From the NCBI GenBank assembly GCA_965208615.1, contig CBDBPB010000003.1:1-64000 (forward strand): 64,000 nt of DNA. Direction: 5' to 3'. Positions 49,893-60,891 of the stretch are shown here, piece after piece; position 1 is the stretch's first letter; each line of letters starts with the position of its first letter. A model generated the notes under the pieces. It saw only the letters and a program-made list of their open reading frames with translations. It was not told where the DNA came from and did not search any database. The DNA comes from Spirochaetota bacterium (lineage in GTDB: Bacteria; Spirochaetota; UBA6919; CBDBPB01). The position numbers were made by a program, and so were the translations under genes.

Positions 49893-50921
49893 TCAGGTAA
49901 GTACTCTTAATACAACCTGTGGTCTCATATTTGCTTGAGCCAACATAGAGGCAGAGGTCTGAGTTAAAATTTGATTTTTTACAAAATCCACCATTTCATC
50001 AGCCATATTTATATCCCTAATTTGGGATTCTGCACTTTGTAAGTTCTCAGCCGCAATATCCAAACCTCTAATAGAGTGTTCTAGTCTATTAGTATAAGCT
50101 CCAAGATCTGCTCTTTGACGATTAACCTTATAAATAGCAGAATCAACTTGTCCAATCATAGTATTGGCAGAGTCCTGACTAGTAACAGTAACATGTAATT
50201 TACGATCCTTAACATCGGCAGTTGGAGCATCAGTGGCTAATCCCAAGGCATAGGCAGACATATTTTCTATATAAAATCTTTCATTCTGATCCATGTTAGC
50301 CCCTATGTGTATATAAAGACCTCCATAAGGTTCTTTAGCGCCGTTTTCGGCAGATCGGATAGGAGAATGCTCTACTGGATCTTTAGTATAGGGTTCAACA
50401 GGTCTTATAGGCGGGCTAGCCTGCTTTTGAACGTCTTCGGCTTTCCACGGACGATCTTTTTGTACATTTCTACTAAACTCTTCATCAAATGGATCCCTTC
50501 TCAATCCTCCTCTTAAAACTCTAAGAGTATTAAACTCGGCCTGAGAAGCAATTCTATCTATCTCATCAACGAGTTGTCTTATTTCCACTTCAATTTGTAG
50601 CCTATCTTCATAGGTATAAATACCGGTTGCCGCTTGAACAGCAAGTTCCCTCATACGTTGCAATATGGTTTGAGTTTCCTCTAACCATCCATCAGCAGTC
50701 TGCAAAAGAGATATTCCATCTTGAGCATTACGACTGGCCTGATTTAACCCCCTTATTTGTGATCTCATTTTCTCAGAAACAGCTAAACCAGCGGCATCAT
50801 CTGAGGCTCTGTTAATCCGTATTCCACTAGATAGCTTTTCAATATTTTTTTGAATTCGCCATGTATTAATGTTGAATTGGCGGTAGGCGTTCATAGCACT
50901 AATATTATGATTGATAATCAT
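49893..50921 (-). CDS. flaB: Periplasmic flagellar core flagellin FlaB with an enlarged central region
   Basis: [66 protein letters not shown]. Confidence 0.95.
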   Translation of the reverse strand: MIINHNISAMNAYRQFNINTWRIQKNIEKLSSGIRINRASDDAAGLAVSEKMRSQIRGLNQASRNAQDGISLLQTADGWLEETQTILQRMRELAVQAATGIYTYEDRLQIEVEIRQLVDEIDRIASQAEFNTLRVLRGGLRRDPFDEEFSRNVQKDRPWKAEDVQKQASPPIRPVEPYTKDPVEHSPIRSAENGAKEPYGGLYIHIGANMDQNERFYIENMSAYALGLATDAPTADVKDRKLHVTVTSQDSANTMIGQVDSAIYKVNRQRADLGAYTNRLEHSIRGLDIAAENLQSAESQIRDINMADEMVDFVKNQILTQTSASMLAQANMRPQVVLRVLT

Positions 50922-50960
50922 AAACCCTCCTTGATAGTTGCTTAAAGTCCTTTTGTATTA

Positions 50961-50988
50961 AGTATAACTTAAGCCGGAAAATTGTCAA
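50961..50988 (-). promoter_or_regulatory. Sigma70-like promoter of flaB
   Basis: TTGACA-N16-TATACT on the minus strand; the leader has two AAGGA motifs. Confidence 0.6.
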
Positions 50989-51058
50989 TAAAAACTAAAT
51001 AAATTTTGCTTTTATTCCGATGTTTATGTATTACATTTTAACTCTCCAATAGAACCAC

Positions 51059-51859
51059 ATGACTACTAAAATCATAGGAATACTAAACATAACAAGGGAT
51101 TCTTTTTATGACGGCAGTAAATATATAAACATCCAGCAAGCTGTAGAAAAGGGAATCAGCCTAAATAATAACGGTGCTGACATAGTAGAGTTAGGAGCAG
51201 AATCGAGTCATCCAGATAGCAGTATAGTATCAGTAGAAACGGAAATTAAACGTCTTGAGCCTGTTATTAACGCCCTCAAAAAAGGCAATATACTAATATC
51301 CGTGGATACCTATAAACCAAAAGTAATGAGCAAGTGCTTAAAGCTTGGTGTAGACATGATAAACGATATAAGCGGGCTAAATAATATAGATAGCATATCC
51401 GTCATTAAGGAGTATAATGTACCAGTAGTTATTATGTTTAGCAAAAACCTAAAACCCCATGCAGAAAAAGCCAAGTGGATAAATAATAACTACATAGAAT
51501 ACATAATAGCCTTCTTTGAGGAAAGGTGTAATTATTTAGTTCAGAAAGGGATTAAAGAAAGTAATATAATTATTGATCCAGGAATGGGTTTTTTTCTAGG
51601 ATCAAACCCCGAACCCAGTCTAAGTATACTTAAAAACATATCCAAATTAAAGATTCTCAATAAAAAGATATTTCTATCCACCTCGCAAAAGTCTTTTATC
51701 GGAACTATACTAAACAGGGATATACCAGATAGAAATAATGGTACTCTTGCCAGTGAGATATGGGCATACATAGAACAGGTCAGCTATATTAGGACTCATA
51801 ATACTAAGGCCCTTAAAGATGCTATCACAATGATAGATGCTATTAAACAGTCTCGCTAA
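51059..51859 (+). CDS. folP: Dihydropteroate synthase
   Basis: GILNITRDSFYDG, ISVDTYK, MINDISG, IIDPGMGF, IRTHN. Confidence 0.94.
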   Translation: MTTKIIGILNITRDSFYDGSKYINIQQAVEKGISLNNNGADIVELGAESSHPDSSIVSVETEIKRLEPVINALKKGNILISVDTYKPKVMSKCLKLGVDMINDISGLNNIDSISVIKEYNVPVVIMFSKNLKPHAEKAKWINNNYIEYIIAFFEERCNYLVQKGIKESNIIIDPGMGFFLGSNPEPSLSILKNISKLKILNKKIFLSTSQKSFIGTILNRDIPDRNNGTLASEIWAYIEQVSYIRTHNTKALKDAITMIDAIKQSR

Positions 51860-52025
51860 CTAGTTCACCACTAAATAAATGCTTCATTTTTTTTATATTT
51901 TCCATACCTATTTTTGACAGTTTGTTTTTGTATATTATATCAAGTTCTTTTTTGTCGAATAAAACTAATTGATTAGTTAATTTTCTACCTGTTTTTTTAG
52001 CTGTATGTTTTATTTGTGCTTTCAT
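51843..52025 (-). CDS. Small hypothetical protein
   Basis: GGAG RBS before MKAQIK; 60 aa. Confidence 0.5.
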   Translation of the reverse strand: MKAQIKHTAKKTGRKLTNQLVLFDKKELDIIYKNKLSKIGMENIKKMKHLFSGELVSETV

Positions 52026-52311
52026 ATATTCTCCAATATACTTTATAATTACTATACAAGAAAAAGTTAAAAAAAGCACAAAATACAAAAAAATTATTAA
52101 AAATATTCAATTTTGATGTTGTCTTTTTCAAGCCAAATTTGTTAGATTTTCTTATGAATTTATTCAACAATTATAGCTTCCCTTGTTTGGATAGTCTGTG
52201 ATCCAAGTAAACGCAAATTGACAAAAGTTATCATTTTGTTTTTTAGTATTTTTAAATAGTATATGGCAAACCAACTAATTAACTAATATTACGTTAATAA
52301 AGGGGAATAAT

Positions 52312-53856
52312 ATGGCTAATAGAAACCGTGAACAGTGGAAAAGTCAATTCGGATTTATTATGGCCGCTGTTGGATCTGCAATAGGACTCGGTAATATATG
52401 GAGATTCCCATATATGGCCTATGAAAATGGTGGTGGTGCATTTCTCATCCCTTATCTAGTTGCACTATTGACCGCTGGAATACCTCTTTTAATTTTAGAG
52501 TTTGGTATTGGTCATGAGCGTATAGGTAGTGCACCTCTGGCTTTTAGAAAATATCATAAACAATGGGAATGGCTTGGTTGGTGGGCTGTAATCTTTGTTA
52601 TGTTTGGGATAGAGCTTTATTATAATGTTATAATATCGTGGTGTGCTAACTATTTTACCCTTGCATTTACAAAAGGATGGGGTAGTGATCCAGGGAATTA
52701 TTTTACCAACTCTTTCCTCAATATAACTAAAAGCCCCTTTGAACTTGGTAATATACAAATCCATATTGTTATAGCATTAGCTGTTATCTGGTTTGTTAAC
52801 TGGTTTATTGTTTATAGAGGTATAAAAAAAGGCATTGAACTCGCTAATAAAATATTTATGCCCCTACTATTAATCTTGATCAGCATACTCGTATTTTGGA
52901 CCATGACACTAGACGGCGCCATGGATGGACTAAAAACATATTTTACTCCTGACTTTTCTAAACTTACAAATCCCAAAATATGGATTGATGCCTATGGACA
53001 AATCTTCTTTTCTCTCAGCTTGGGCTTTGGTATTATGATTGCCTATGCTAGCTATTTACCCAAAAATGCTAACATCACTAGAGCAGGTATACTAACTGCC
53101 CTACTAAATAGTGGATTCTCTCTTTTCGCTGGTATTGCCGTATTTAACGTACTTGGCTTTATGGCTAACTCTATTGCCGTAAAAGAAGGTATTACCTTTG
53201 TCGAGGCTATCAAAAAAGTAGTAAGCCATGGACCAAGCCTCGCATTTGTTACATATCCAAAAGCTCTTAACCTTTTACCATCCATTGGTACTGTCTTTGG
53301 AGTATTGTTTTTCCTATCCCTTATTGTAGCAGGCCTTTCATCTTCCGTATCCATTATAGAGGCGTTCGTATCCGCTATGGTGGATAAGTTTAACTTTAAC
53401 CGTAAAAAACTTGTTACTATTATCTCATTCCTTGGATTTTTAGGAGGAATAGTCTTTACCACAGGCGGTGGACTGTTCTGGCTGGATATAGTCGATCACT
53501 TTCTAACCCAGTACGGCTTGGTATTAGTCGGACTCTTTGAATGCATTGTAGTAGGATGGTTCTTCAAAATAAATGTATTAAGAAACCATATTAATGGTAT
53601 ATCCACTTTTAGACTGGGTAAGTGGTGGAACGAAATGATAAAAATATTTGTACCCTTAGTATTAATGTTAATAATAGGAGGAGCGTTTTTTAACGAAATA
53701 GCTAAACCTTATGGCAATTATAGCTGGACAAGCCTTATCCTAATCGGAGTGCTATGGCTCATTATAACAATTATAGCCGCAGTAATGGTAGGCTCAAAAC
53801 AATGGAGAACAAATATAGATAATCATAAAACTAGAGTCGACTATACAGCAAATTAA
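52312..53856 (+). CDS. NSS/SNF-family sodium-dependent transporter
   Basis: REQW, GSAIGLGNIWRFPY, GGGAFLIPY, QIFFSLSLGFG. Confidence 0.95.
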   Translation: MANRNREQWKSQFGFIMAAVGSAIGLGNIWRFPYMAYENGGGAFLIPYLVALLTAGIPLLILEFGIGHERIGSAPLAFRKYHKQWEWLGWWAVIFVMFGIELYYNVIISWCANYFTLAFTKGWGSDPGNYFTNSFLNITKSPFELGNIQIHIVIALAVIWFVNWFIVYRGIKKGIELANKIFMPLLLILISILVFWTMTLDGAMDGLKTYFTPDFSKLTNPKIWIDAYGQIFFSLSLGFGIMIAYASYLPKNANITRAGILTALLNSGFSLFAGIAVFNVLGFMANSIAVKEGITFVEAIKKVVSHGPSLAFVTYPKALNLLPSIGTVFGVLFFLSLIVAGLSSSVSIIEAFVSAMVDKFNFNRKKLVTIISFLGFLGGIVFTTGGGLFWLDIVDHFLTQYGLVLVGLFECIVVGWFFKINVLRNHINGISTFRLGKWWNEMIKIFVPLVLMLIIGGAFFNEIAKPYGNYSWTSLILIGVLWLIITIIAAVMVGSKQWRTNIDNHKTRVDYTAN

Positions 53857-53917
53857 AAATTATATGCTTAAATTGACTATAATAAATAACTAACTTATCT
53901 TTTAATAAAAAACTAAT

Positions 53918-54646
53918 TTGAGACTAAATAAATACTTATCCCAATGCGGCATTGCATCAAGAAGAAAATGTGAAAAATATATCCTAAAAGGATATCTATC
54001 CATAAATAATGTAGTCGTAAAAGATCTTGCAACATCCGTCAACATAAACAAGGACAAAATTAAATTTAAACAAAAAGAAATACATCTACCAAAAAAACTG
54101 TCCTATTACCTGCTAAATAAACCTAAGGGATATATTGTCAGCTCATTTGACCCCCATCACAAAGAAACCGTATACAAACTTATAAAAAATGTTAAAGAAA
54201 GAATCTTTCACGTAGGTAGACTCGATTACGACTCAGAAGGTGCATTGCTATTCACAAACGATGGAGAGCTAAGTCATAAACTATTACACCCCAAATATAG
54301 TATTCCAAAAAAGTATTACGTAAAAGTAAACGGAGAATTAACAAATAAATTAATATATAACCTTAGGTCTGGTGTCAGGCTGGATGAAGGAATAACCAAT
54401 AAAGCTATAATAAAACTCGAACATCGTTCAAAAAATAACTCCGCTTTCTATATAACCATATCCCAAGGCTGGAAAAGACAAATAAAACGTATGGTTAACT
54501 CCATAGGCCTTAAAGTAACCTATTTACGAAGGGATAGCTTTGCTAACCTATCAATCGCTAATATAAAAATAGGTCACTGGGTAAAACTATCACAAAAACA
54601 AATATTATCCCTAAAACAACTTGTTAGCGAAAAGAGTAGTAAATGA
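53918..54646 (+). CDS. rluB: RsuA/RluB-family rRNA pseudouridine synthase
   Basis: MRLNKYLS..GIASRR (S4 domain), LNKPKG, VGRLDYDSEG. Confidence 0.9.
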   Translation: MRLNKYLSQCGIASRRKCEKYILKGYLSINNVVVKDLATSVNINKDKIKFKQKEIHLPKKLSYYLLNKPKGYIVSSFDPHHKETVYKLIKNVKERIFHVGRLDYDSEGALLFTNDGELSHKLLHPKYSIPKKYYVKVNGELTNKLIYNLRSGVRLDEGITNKAIIKLEHRSKNNSAFYITISQGWKRQIKRMVNSIGLKVTYLRRDSFANLSIANIKIGHWVKLSQKQILSLKQLVSEKSSK

Positions 54647-55815
54647 ATAAATATTTATATCTGCTTATAATATTAATAATCTCTAACTCAGCCTATACGT
54701 TAAAAAAACCATATTCCCAAAAAAACATTAAACCTATTTTTAACTCTAATCCTTTGTGGATACTAAAATCAAAAAAGAAAATTATATCATCGCCAGTTGG
54801 GAGTAAGGGTATTATATACTTCGGAGACCTAAATAATCACGTATACGCAGTCCACGCCAAAAAAGGCAGTGTAATATGGTATAAAAAACTCAAAAGTAAT
54901 AAAAATCCCATTGGTATATATCGTAGCCCTCTTATTTATAAGAATATGCTAATAGTCGTCAATGGCGATGGTTATGTATACGCCTTCAACAAAAACAATG
55001 GACAACTTATTTGGAAACCTAAAAATCTAGAGGAACAAGTATATTCATCCCCAGTAATAAAAAAAGGATATATTTTTATTACCACTGCTGAAAAAGGTCA
55101 TCTGTGGATTATCAACGCTAAAAATGGTGAACTCTTTTTTAAAAAACCTATAAAAATAGGAAGTCCTGTTTATGTAAGGCCTATTGTAGAAGCCAATCAT
55201 ATAAAAAATACTAACGGATTTAACCTAAAAAAAACGAAAACTTTTAGTTATTTTAGAGTCCACATGATAGCTCCTTATAAAATAATTAGCTATAATATAT
55301 TTCCTAGTAAAAAATACTCTAGGCTGAAAGATATTAATATAAAAGCTAAAACGCTTTCTGAGCCTGTTAAATACTTATCAAGCGTATACTTTATTAATAG
55401 TCAATTTTTATACTGTCTTAAATTAAAACCTAGGTATATTGCGTGGATAAAAAGAATAAACTTTAAAAAAGAAAAACCTATCCATAAAATAAATATACCC
55501 TCTCCATTGCTAACTCCTAAAACTATATTTATAAAAAATCGTGCTTATAACACAAATAACGGCTCCATCAAGTGGATTAAGTGGATAAAAGGTGAGGTTA
55601 CTAATAAACCAGCTATAAGCTCTGATATATTATATATAGGTGGACGGTATACATTATACAATAAGTTATACGGCTTTGTTGCCGGAATAAATATAGTAAA
55701 AGATAGGATTATTTTTTGGTACAGCCTGCCTAAACCTATTATCTCACCCATATATATTTATAACAAAATGCTATACTTTACTACCGATGATAAAAAACTC
55801 TTTGCATTAAAATAA
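54643..55815 (+). CDS. PQQ-like beta-propeller exported protein
   Basis: SSPV...YFG...VYA....G..IW repeats; signal peptide. Confidence 0.82.
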   Translation: MNKYLYLLIILIISNSAYTLKKPYSQKNIKPIFNSNPLWILKSKKKIISSPVGSKGIIYFGDLNNHVYAVHAKKGSVIWYKKLKSNKNPIGIYRSPLIYKNMLIVVNGDGYVYAFNKNNGQLIWKPKNLEEQVYSSPVIKKGYIFITTAEKGHLWIINAKNGELFFKKPIKIGSPVYVRPIVEANHIKNTNGFNLKKTKTFSYFRVHMIAPYKIISYNIFPSKKYSRLKDINIKAKTLSEPVKYLSSVYFINSQFLYCLKLKPRYIAWIKRINFKKEKPIHKINIPSPLLTPKTIFIKNRAYNTNNGSIKWIKWIKGEVTNKPAISSDILYIGGRYTLYNKLYGFVAGINIVKDRIIFWYSLPKPIISPIYIYNKMLYFTTDDKKLFALK

Positions 55816-56145
55816 TTATATTTAATGTCTTTTCCTACTTTACTACAAAATACTATCATCCTGTAGACTACTTTAAAAGCATTCTAAAATAGAAATGTTT
55901 AATATTTACATTATATGCTAGTTAATAATGTTTTTTTTATTATTTAAACCTATAAGAAAAAGACCTTCTGTTCTAACTATTAGAAAGTTTGCCCACAATA
56001 AAAAAAGAAAATATCTTATTTTATTGAAAATAACCTTCAAAAATAATTCTTTCATATTATATTTTTTTATAGAGGGTATTAAATTACTTTTATGGTATTT
56101 TTCTTATATTTTAGCTAATATACCCATTAAAAAGAGAGAGCTTAT

Positions 56146-56850
56146 ATGAAAATATTGTTGGGGATAGATGATTATTATGCTAATGATAGACTCGCTATTA
56201 AACTCGTAGAAGAAGGTATTGAACCTCACAAAGTTAACGACTATACCAATATTATGCCTGATATAGAAAAATATGAAGCTGATACCATACTATTAGATAT
56301 AGACCTACCATATTATAACGATTTTAAAACTATAAAAGATATAAAAACTAAATTACCAGATATAAATATTATTGTCATTAGCTCTAAAACAAATATTGAC
56401 TTTGTTAAACAAATTATGTCCTTAGGTGTATATGGAATAGTATCCAAACTGGATATTACTAAAGAACAATTCCTAAATATGATGACTCTTTTGGATCAGC
56501 TTAAAACAAAAAAAAATGAACTAAGAAAACATATCCGTGTTAAACCTGCAGAAAATCAGCATAACTTCTTTAGCATTAGTATAAATGCTATTAAAGCTAG
56601 TTATTCCGGTACAATTAAAGATATTAGTCTTGGGGGAATAGCTATTAGTTTTACAAAGCCTCCTCCAGATTCTTTATTCTTTAGAGGTAAAGAAATCGTT
56701 ATTAACGTCGAGTTAAACCATATTAATATGCAGTTAAAAGGAATAATAGTACTAAAAAGAGGACTAGATGCTGCCATATTGTTTAAAGACTTATTTTCTA
56801 CATATAAAAAATTGCTAGCTGAATATATAATACTACAAATAGGTCAATAA
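56146..56850 (+). CDS. Receiver + PilZ domain protein
   Basis: ILLDIDLP receiver; RKHIR and DISLGG PilZ motifs. Confidence 0.85.
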   Translation: MKILLGIDDYYANDRLAIKLVEEGIEPHKVNDYTNIMPDIEKYEADTILLDIDLPYYNDFKTIKDIKTKLPDINIIVISSKTNIDFVKQIMSLGVYGIVSKLDITKEQFLNMMTLLDQLKTKKNELRKHIRVKPAENQHNFFSISINAIKASYSGTIKDISLGGIAISFTKPPPDSLFFRGKEIVINVELNHINMQLKGIIVLKRGLDAAILFKDLFSTYKKLLAEYIILQIGQ

Positions 56851-56969
56851 AATAGTTAATTTAGACATTCAATTATAATTAGTTGTCTTTAAAACTTTCA
56901 AACAATCAACTATAACAAAGTAAATTGCTATGCTTGTAATCTTTAATTTATAAGTACCCTAAAAGTAAA

Positions 56970-57491
56970 ATGGCAAATAAACCAATTTCATTCTCCAACT
57001 CCAGAATAAAAATTGTTATTAATAACTTTGTATGCAAAAAAGCAAAAAAAGATAAAATATTTATCCACTCAGACGAAATAGAAGTTCTATTATTATCCAT
57101 TTCAAGCATAGATACAGAAGAAATCCATAACCTTAAACAAAAAGAAAAATCATTTTTTATAAGCTTTCTTAAACAACTAAAAAAAAGTATTGAGGATAAA
57201 TCCGGTAAACTCTTATTCCTAACAATAAGAGAAGGTGATCATATAATAATAGACAGCTGGCACGCTACTTATAACGACTGGGAAATAGAAAGTAAATCAC
57301 GTAAAAATGATTTTCTAATACTCAGAGATAACTATTTTAAAATAAAAGAAAAGTTCCCTGCTATAAAGTCCATAGAAGACTATATCTCAGTAGTAAATAT
57401 GCTGACCAATAAACAATTAATATCCTTTTTTAAGAGCCAAAAAAAGGTTAATCAAATCAAACGTATAATTAGTATAGTCAAAAACCTCTAA
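56970..57491 (+). CDS. Hypothetical protein
   Basis: 173-aa ORF filling the gap; no motif recognised. Confidence 0.55.
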   Translation: MANKPISFSNSRIKIVINNFVCKKAKKDKIFIHSDEIEVLLLSISSIDTEEIHNLKQKEKSFFISFLKQLKKSIEDKSGKLLFLTIREGDHIIIDSWHATYNDWEIESKSRKNDFLILRDNYFKIKEKFPAIKSIEDYISVVNMLTNKQLISFFKSQKKVNQIKRIISIVKNL

Positions 57492-59017
57492 GACTCAACT
57501 ACAACATCCTTTTTACTAGAAAGCTTTGACCTTCTTACAGACTGTATAATAGATACAATAGCAACATAAGAAAAACTAATACTAAATGCAATAGGAAAAA
57601 ATGCTGATATATATACACCATAAGCAAAACAATAATAAGTAACTAACATTGCATACATAGCCGCTATTAACTCTAAATACGTAACCATACCAATAGGTGT
57701 AACATATTTTTTAGCCTGCCATTTATCACTATTACCACCAACGTTAAACTTTGGAGTCCTTATGAAAGTAGACTTCTTACCAATAATAGCCTCTATAAAA
57801 GCAATAGTAATGTGTACAGCAATACCTAAACCGTGTAAGAAAAGATATGGCAACCATTTTAGTCGTTTAGTCCATGATCCAGTTATCTGCTTTTGAGAAT
57901 ACATAAAGAAAAAAGAAGGAGCCATAGTCCCCAATAACATAAAAATCATTCCAATCAATGTTGCCAAAGGATAACCCTTAAATATATAATCATTAAAAAA
58001 CTCGTGCTGAACACCAAGTAATGGAAACATCCACAATATATTGAAAAGCATAAGAGGGTGAACAGAATAATGAGAAAGATGTACTACACCTTCCAGCTTC
58101 TTTTTGAGAGGAAAAGGAGCTATTAACATTTTCCACATTAACTTAATCGCACATTGAATAGATCCCTTTGCCCATCTGAACTGCTGACCCTTAAATCCAG
58201 TCATCTCTACAGGTAGTTCTGCCGGACTTATAACATTTTGTAAAAAAATAAAACGCCAACCCTTTAACTGACACCTATAACTAAGATCTAAATCTTCTGT
58301 AAGAGTATCCCCAGACCAGTTTCCTCCATCATAAATACACCTCTTTCTCCAAATACCCGCAGTACCATTAAAATTAAGCCATAACTCATAATTACTTCTA
58401 GTAGTCTGTTCGAGCATAAAATGTCCATCAATACCCAATACTTGTGCCTTTGTAAGACTAGAATAATCCTCGTTTATATGTCCCCATCTGGTTTGTACCA
58501 TTCCAATATTAGGATCTTCAAAGTGATGAACCGTTTTCATCAAAAAATCTTTAGGAGGTAAAAAGTCAGAGTCAAAAATAGCAATAAACTCACCACTTGC
58601 ACTCTCCATTCCATCTTTTAAAGCCCCAGCCTTTTGATCAACCCTATTAACCCTATGGATATATTTTATATCATATCCATGTTCTTGGTATTCTCTTACT
58701 AATTTCTTTAAAATATCCTGAGTTTCATCAATAGAATCATCCAAAACCTGTACTTCAAAAAGATTTTTAGGATAATCCATTTCCATAACCTTTCTAACAA
58801 GCCTTTCTGAAACGTATAACTCATTGAATATGGGTAATTGTATGGTTACCTTAGGAAGCTCTTCATTTGTTTTTGCAACATCAGAAAGCTTTAAAACAGA
58901 TTTCTTTTTATACCTATGATACAAGTAAACAACTAAATAATAATGAAAGCCGTAAATAAACATTAAAAATGTATTTATTACATAAACAGAAATAACAAAA
59001 TACTCATAAAAACCCAT
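57488..59017 (-). CDS. GT2 membrane glycosyltransferase (cellulose-synthase-like)
   Basis: VTIQLPIFNE, QVLDDS, KAGAL, FDSDF, TEDLD, QQFRW (QxxRW). Confidence 0.93.
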   Translation of the reverse strand: MGFYEYFVISVYVINTFLMFIYGFHYYLVVYLYHRYKKKSVLKLSDVAKTNEELPKVTIQLPIFNELYVSERLVRKVMEMDYPKNLFEVQVLDDSIDETQDILKKLVREYQEHGYDIKYIHRVNRVDQKAGALKDGMESASGEFIAIFDSDFLPPKDFLMKTVHHFEDPNIGMVQTRWGHINEDYSSLTKAQVLGIDGHFMLEQTTRSNYELWLNFNGTAGIWRKRCIYDGGNWSGDTLTEDLDLSYRCQLKGWRFIFLQNVISPAELPVEMTGFKGQQFRWAKGSIQCAIKLMWKMLIAPFPLKKKLEGVVHLSHYSVHPLMLFNILWMFPLLGVQHEFFNDYIFKGYPLATLIGMIFMLLGTMAPSFFFMYSQKQITGSWTKRLKWLPYLFLHGLGIAVHITIAFIEAIIGKKSTFIRTPKFNVGGNSDKWQAKKYVTPIGMVTYLELIAAMYAMLVTYYCFAYGVYISAFFPIAFSISFSYVAIVSIIQSVRRSKLSSKKDVVVES

Positions 59018-59315
59018 AATAAATACCCTAAAAAATGATAGTCGATTACAAGATAATATTTAATAAAAAGTAAAAATATAATTATTATAATATTTTCAAG
59101 CTATCTTATTAAATATATTTATCAATATGTTTTGTGAAAGATTAAAGGTAAACTTAACTATAAAGAAGTTAATTATCAAGTAAAAAGTATCAAAATTATT
59201 TTTTATTATTCTTTATAGGTTAATACGTAGACTAGAATAAAAGTTGTTAATTAATAATAAATTAAAAAAACGTATGGTTATCTTAACTATAAATAAAAAA
59301 AGTTAAAATAAAATA

Positions 59316-59759
59316 TCACTCTTTACTCTTTTTACTATCACGGTATGCCTTAAGACCCCAACCACTTCCAAGCCCTCCTATAAACGCTATAGCATACTTT
59401 ATTAGATCCTCATACACTTTAGGATGATTATCTAGTAAGCTATATGTGAAAAAAACAATTATAAAAATAAAAACAAATACACCTATTACGAAATAAAAGA
59501 AATTATATTTTCTATCTGATTCACGATCTTTGTACTTATATTCTTGGTCTTTTGTATTTAACTCTATTATAGCAGATATAGCTTTATTATCTATTTTATC
59601 AGAAATACTTCTGGATTCCCCAATTTGCCCTATTATTGCTTTTCCCATTATTTCTTCAGCACTATTCATTAATTTCAACATATCTGCTTGTTCAGTATCT
59701 AAATTATTTTTATCAGAACTATCAGGCTTTTCATCTGGCATGATTTTTTTCTCCATCAC
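59316..59759 (-). CDS. Hypothetical membrane protein (2 C-terminal TMs, DUF2335-like layout)
   Basis: Hydrophilic N-terminus followed by two hydrophobic helices. Confidence 0.65.
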   Translation of the reverse strand: MMEKKIMPDEKPDSSDKNNLDTEQADMLKLMNSAEEIMGKAIIGQIGESRSISDKIDNKAISAIIELNTKDQEYKYKDRESDRKYNFFYFVIGVFVFIFIIVFFTYSLLDNHPKVYEDLIKYAIAFIGGLGSGWGLKAYRDSKKSKE

Positions 59760-59958
59760 TATTGATGTATTTATCTACTAATAAATTAATATTTTTATCT
59801 ATCAAGTTAGTAAGCATATTTTCAATAAGAAAAGAACTAGAAAAAACTAAAAGAACTTTTAGGTCATCGTTACTTAAAATATTAGCTTTAGTCAACTTTA
59901 TAAAACAATTAGATGTATTTTTGAAATCTTCTATATCAAAAAGTTTTGATTTTACCAT
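59731..59958 (-). CDS. Small hypothetical protein
   Basis: 75-aa ORF overlapping the start of the next gene. Confidence 0.4.
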   Translation of the reverse strand: MVKSKLFDIEDFKNTSNCFIKLTKANILSNDDLKVLLVFSSSFLIENMLTNLIDKNINLLVDKYINSDGEKNHAR

Positions 59959-60245
59959 AGTAGCTATAACCTTTAAACTTTATTTAAAACGTTCTATTTA
60001 ATAAAACACTATTATAATTATACCTTTCTATAAAGATAAACTTAATAGATAATATTTAAAAAATCAAATACAAGTCGGACTTTATTATTAATTTTTAAAA
60101 GTTATAGTCTATCTTTTAAAGATAGATTGCTATTATTTAAGTTAAAAAAAACATATTTTATAAGCTTAAATAAATCTTTTGACTATTACAAATGTTTGGC
60201 GATATTTATAATATAAAAAATTAAGTATATAGTTTAATAAGTAAT

Positions 60246-60887
60246 ATGAAAGCAGATCCGAAAAAACTTAAAGCAAAAGACTTCTTTAAAAAAAGTAACG
60301 ACTTCTTTAATGCAAAACAATATCCAGACGTTATTAACCTTTGTAAAGAAGCATTAAGTATGGATCCTAAATATAGAGAGCCATATTTAAGAATAGGTAA
60401 TGTATATGCCTTTTTCCAGCGATATGATGATGCTCAAACTAATTATAACAAGTTCCTAAAATATAGTATAGAAGATAATCACCAATATGATATCTCAAGG
60501 GCATATAATGCCATGGGCTATCTTTATACCTTGCAAATGAATATAAAGGATTCTTTAAAATATTATTATATGTCGTTAACTATAAGCAAAAAAATTAATA
60601 AGCCAAAAGATATATCAAGATCCTATAACAATATTGCTCTTGCACATCGTCTTGAAAAAAACTTCAATAAGGCATTTTACTTTTATAAAAAAGCAATTAA
60701 AACTAGTAAAAACTCCAAAGACTTGTCCATGATAGCCTATTACTACTTTAATATTTCAATTATGTTCAAAGAAAACGAAAGATATATAAAAGCGACCTAT
60801 TATATGTATAAATTTAAAAAGTTATATAAATCCATAAAAAAAAGAGGCCTAAAACTACTATCTTCAAAACAAGACTTTATACAATAA
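60246..60887 (+). CDS. TPR protein
   Basis: SRAYNAMGYLY and SRSYNNIALAH TPR repeats. Confidence 0.85.
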   Translation: MKADPKKLKAKDFFKKSNDFFNAKQYPDVINLCKEALSMDPKYREPYLRIGNVYAFFQRYDDAQTNYNKFLKYSIEDNHQYDISRAYNAMGYLYTLQMNIKDSLKYYYMSLTISKKINKPKDISRSYNNIALAHRLEKNFNKAFYFYKKAIKTSKNSKDLSMIAYYYFNISIMFKENERYIKATYYMYKFKKLYKSIKKRGLKLLSSKQDFIQ

Positions 60888-60891
60888 TATA

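Noticed and set aside
51059-51859. Mobile sul sulfonamide-resistance gene
   Set aside because: No integron or IS context and host-like composition; treated as chromosomal folP, although a phylogeny would be needed to exclude it.
55928-56149. 73-aa ORF upstream of the REC-PilZ gene
   Set aside because: Low-complexity AT-rich translation with no RBS or motif; probably promoter DNA.
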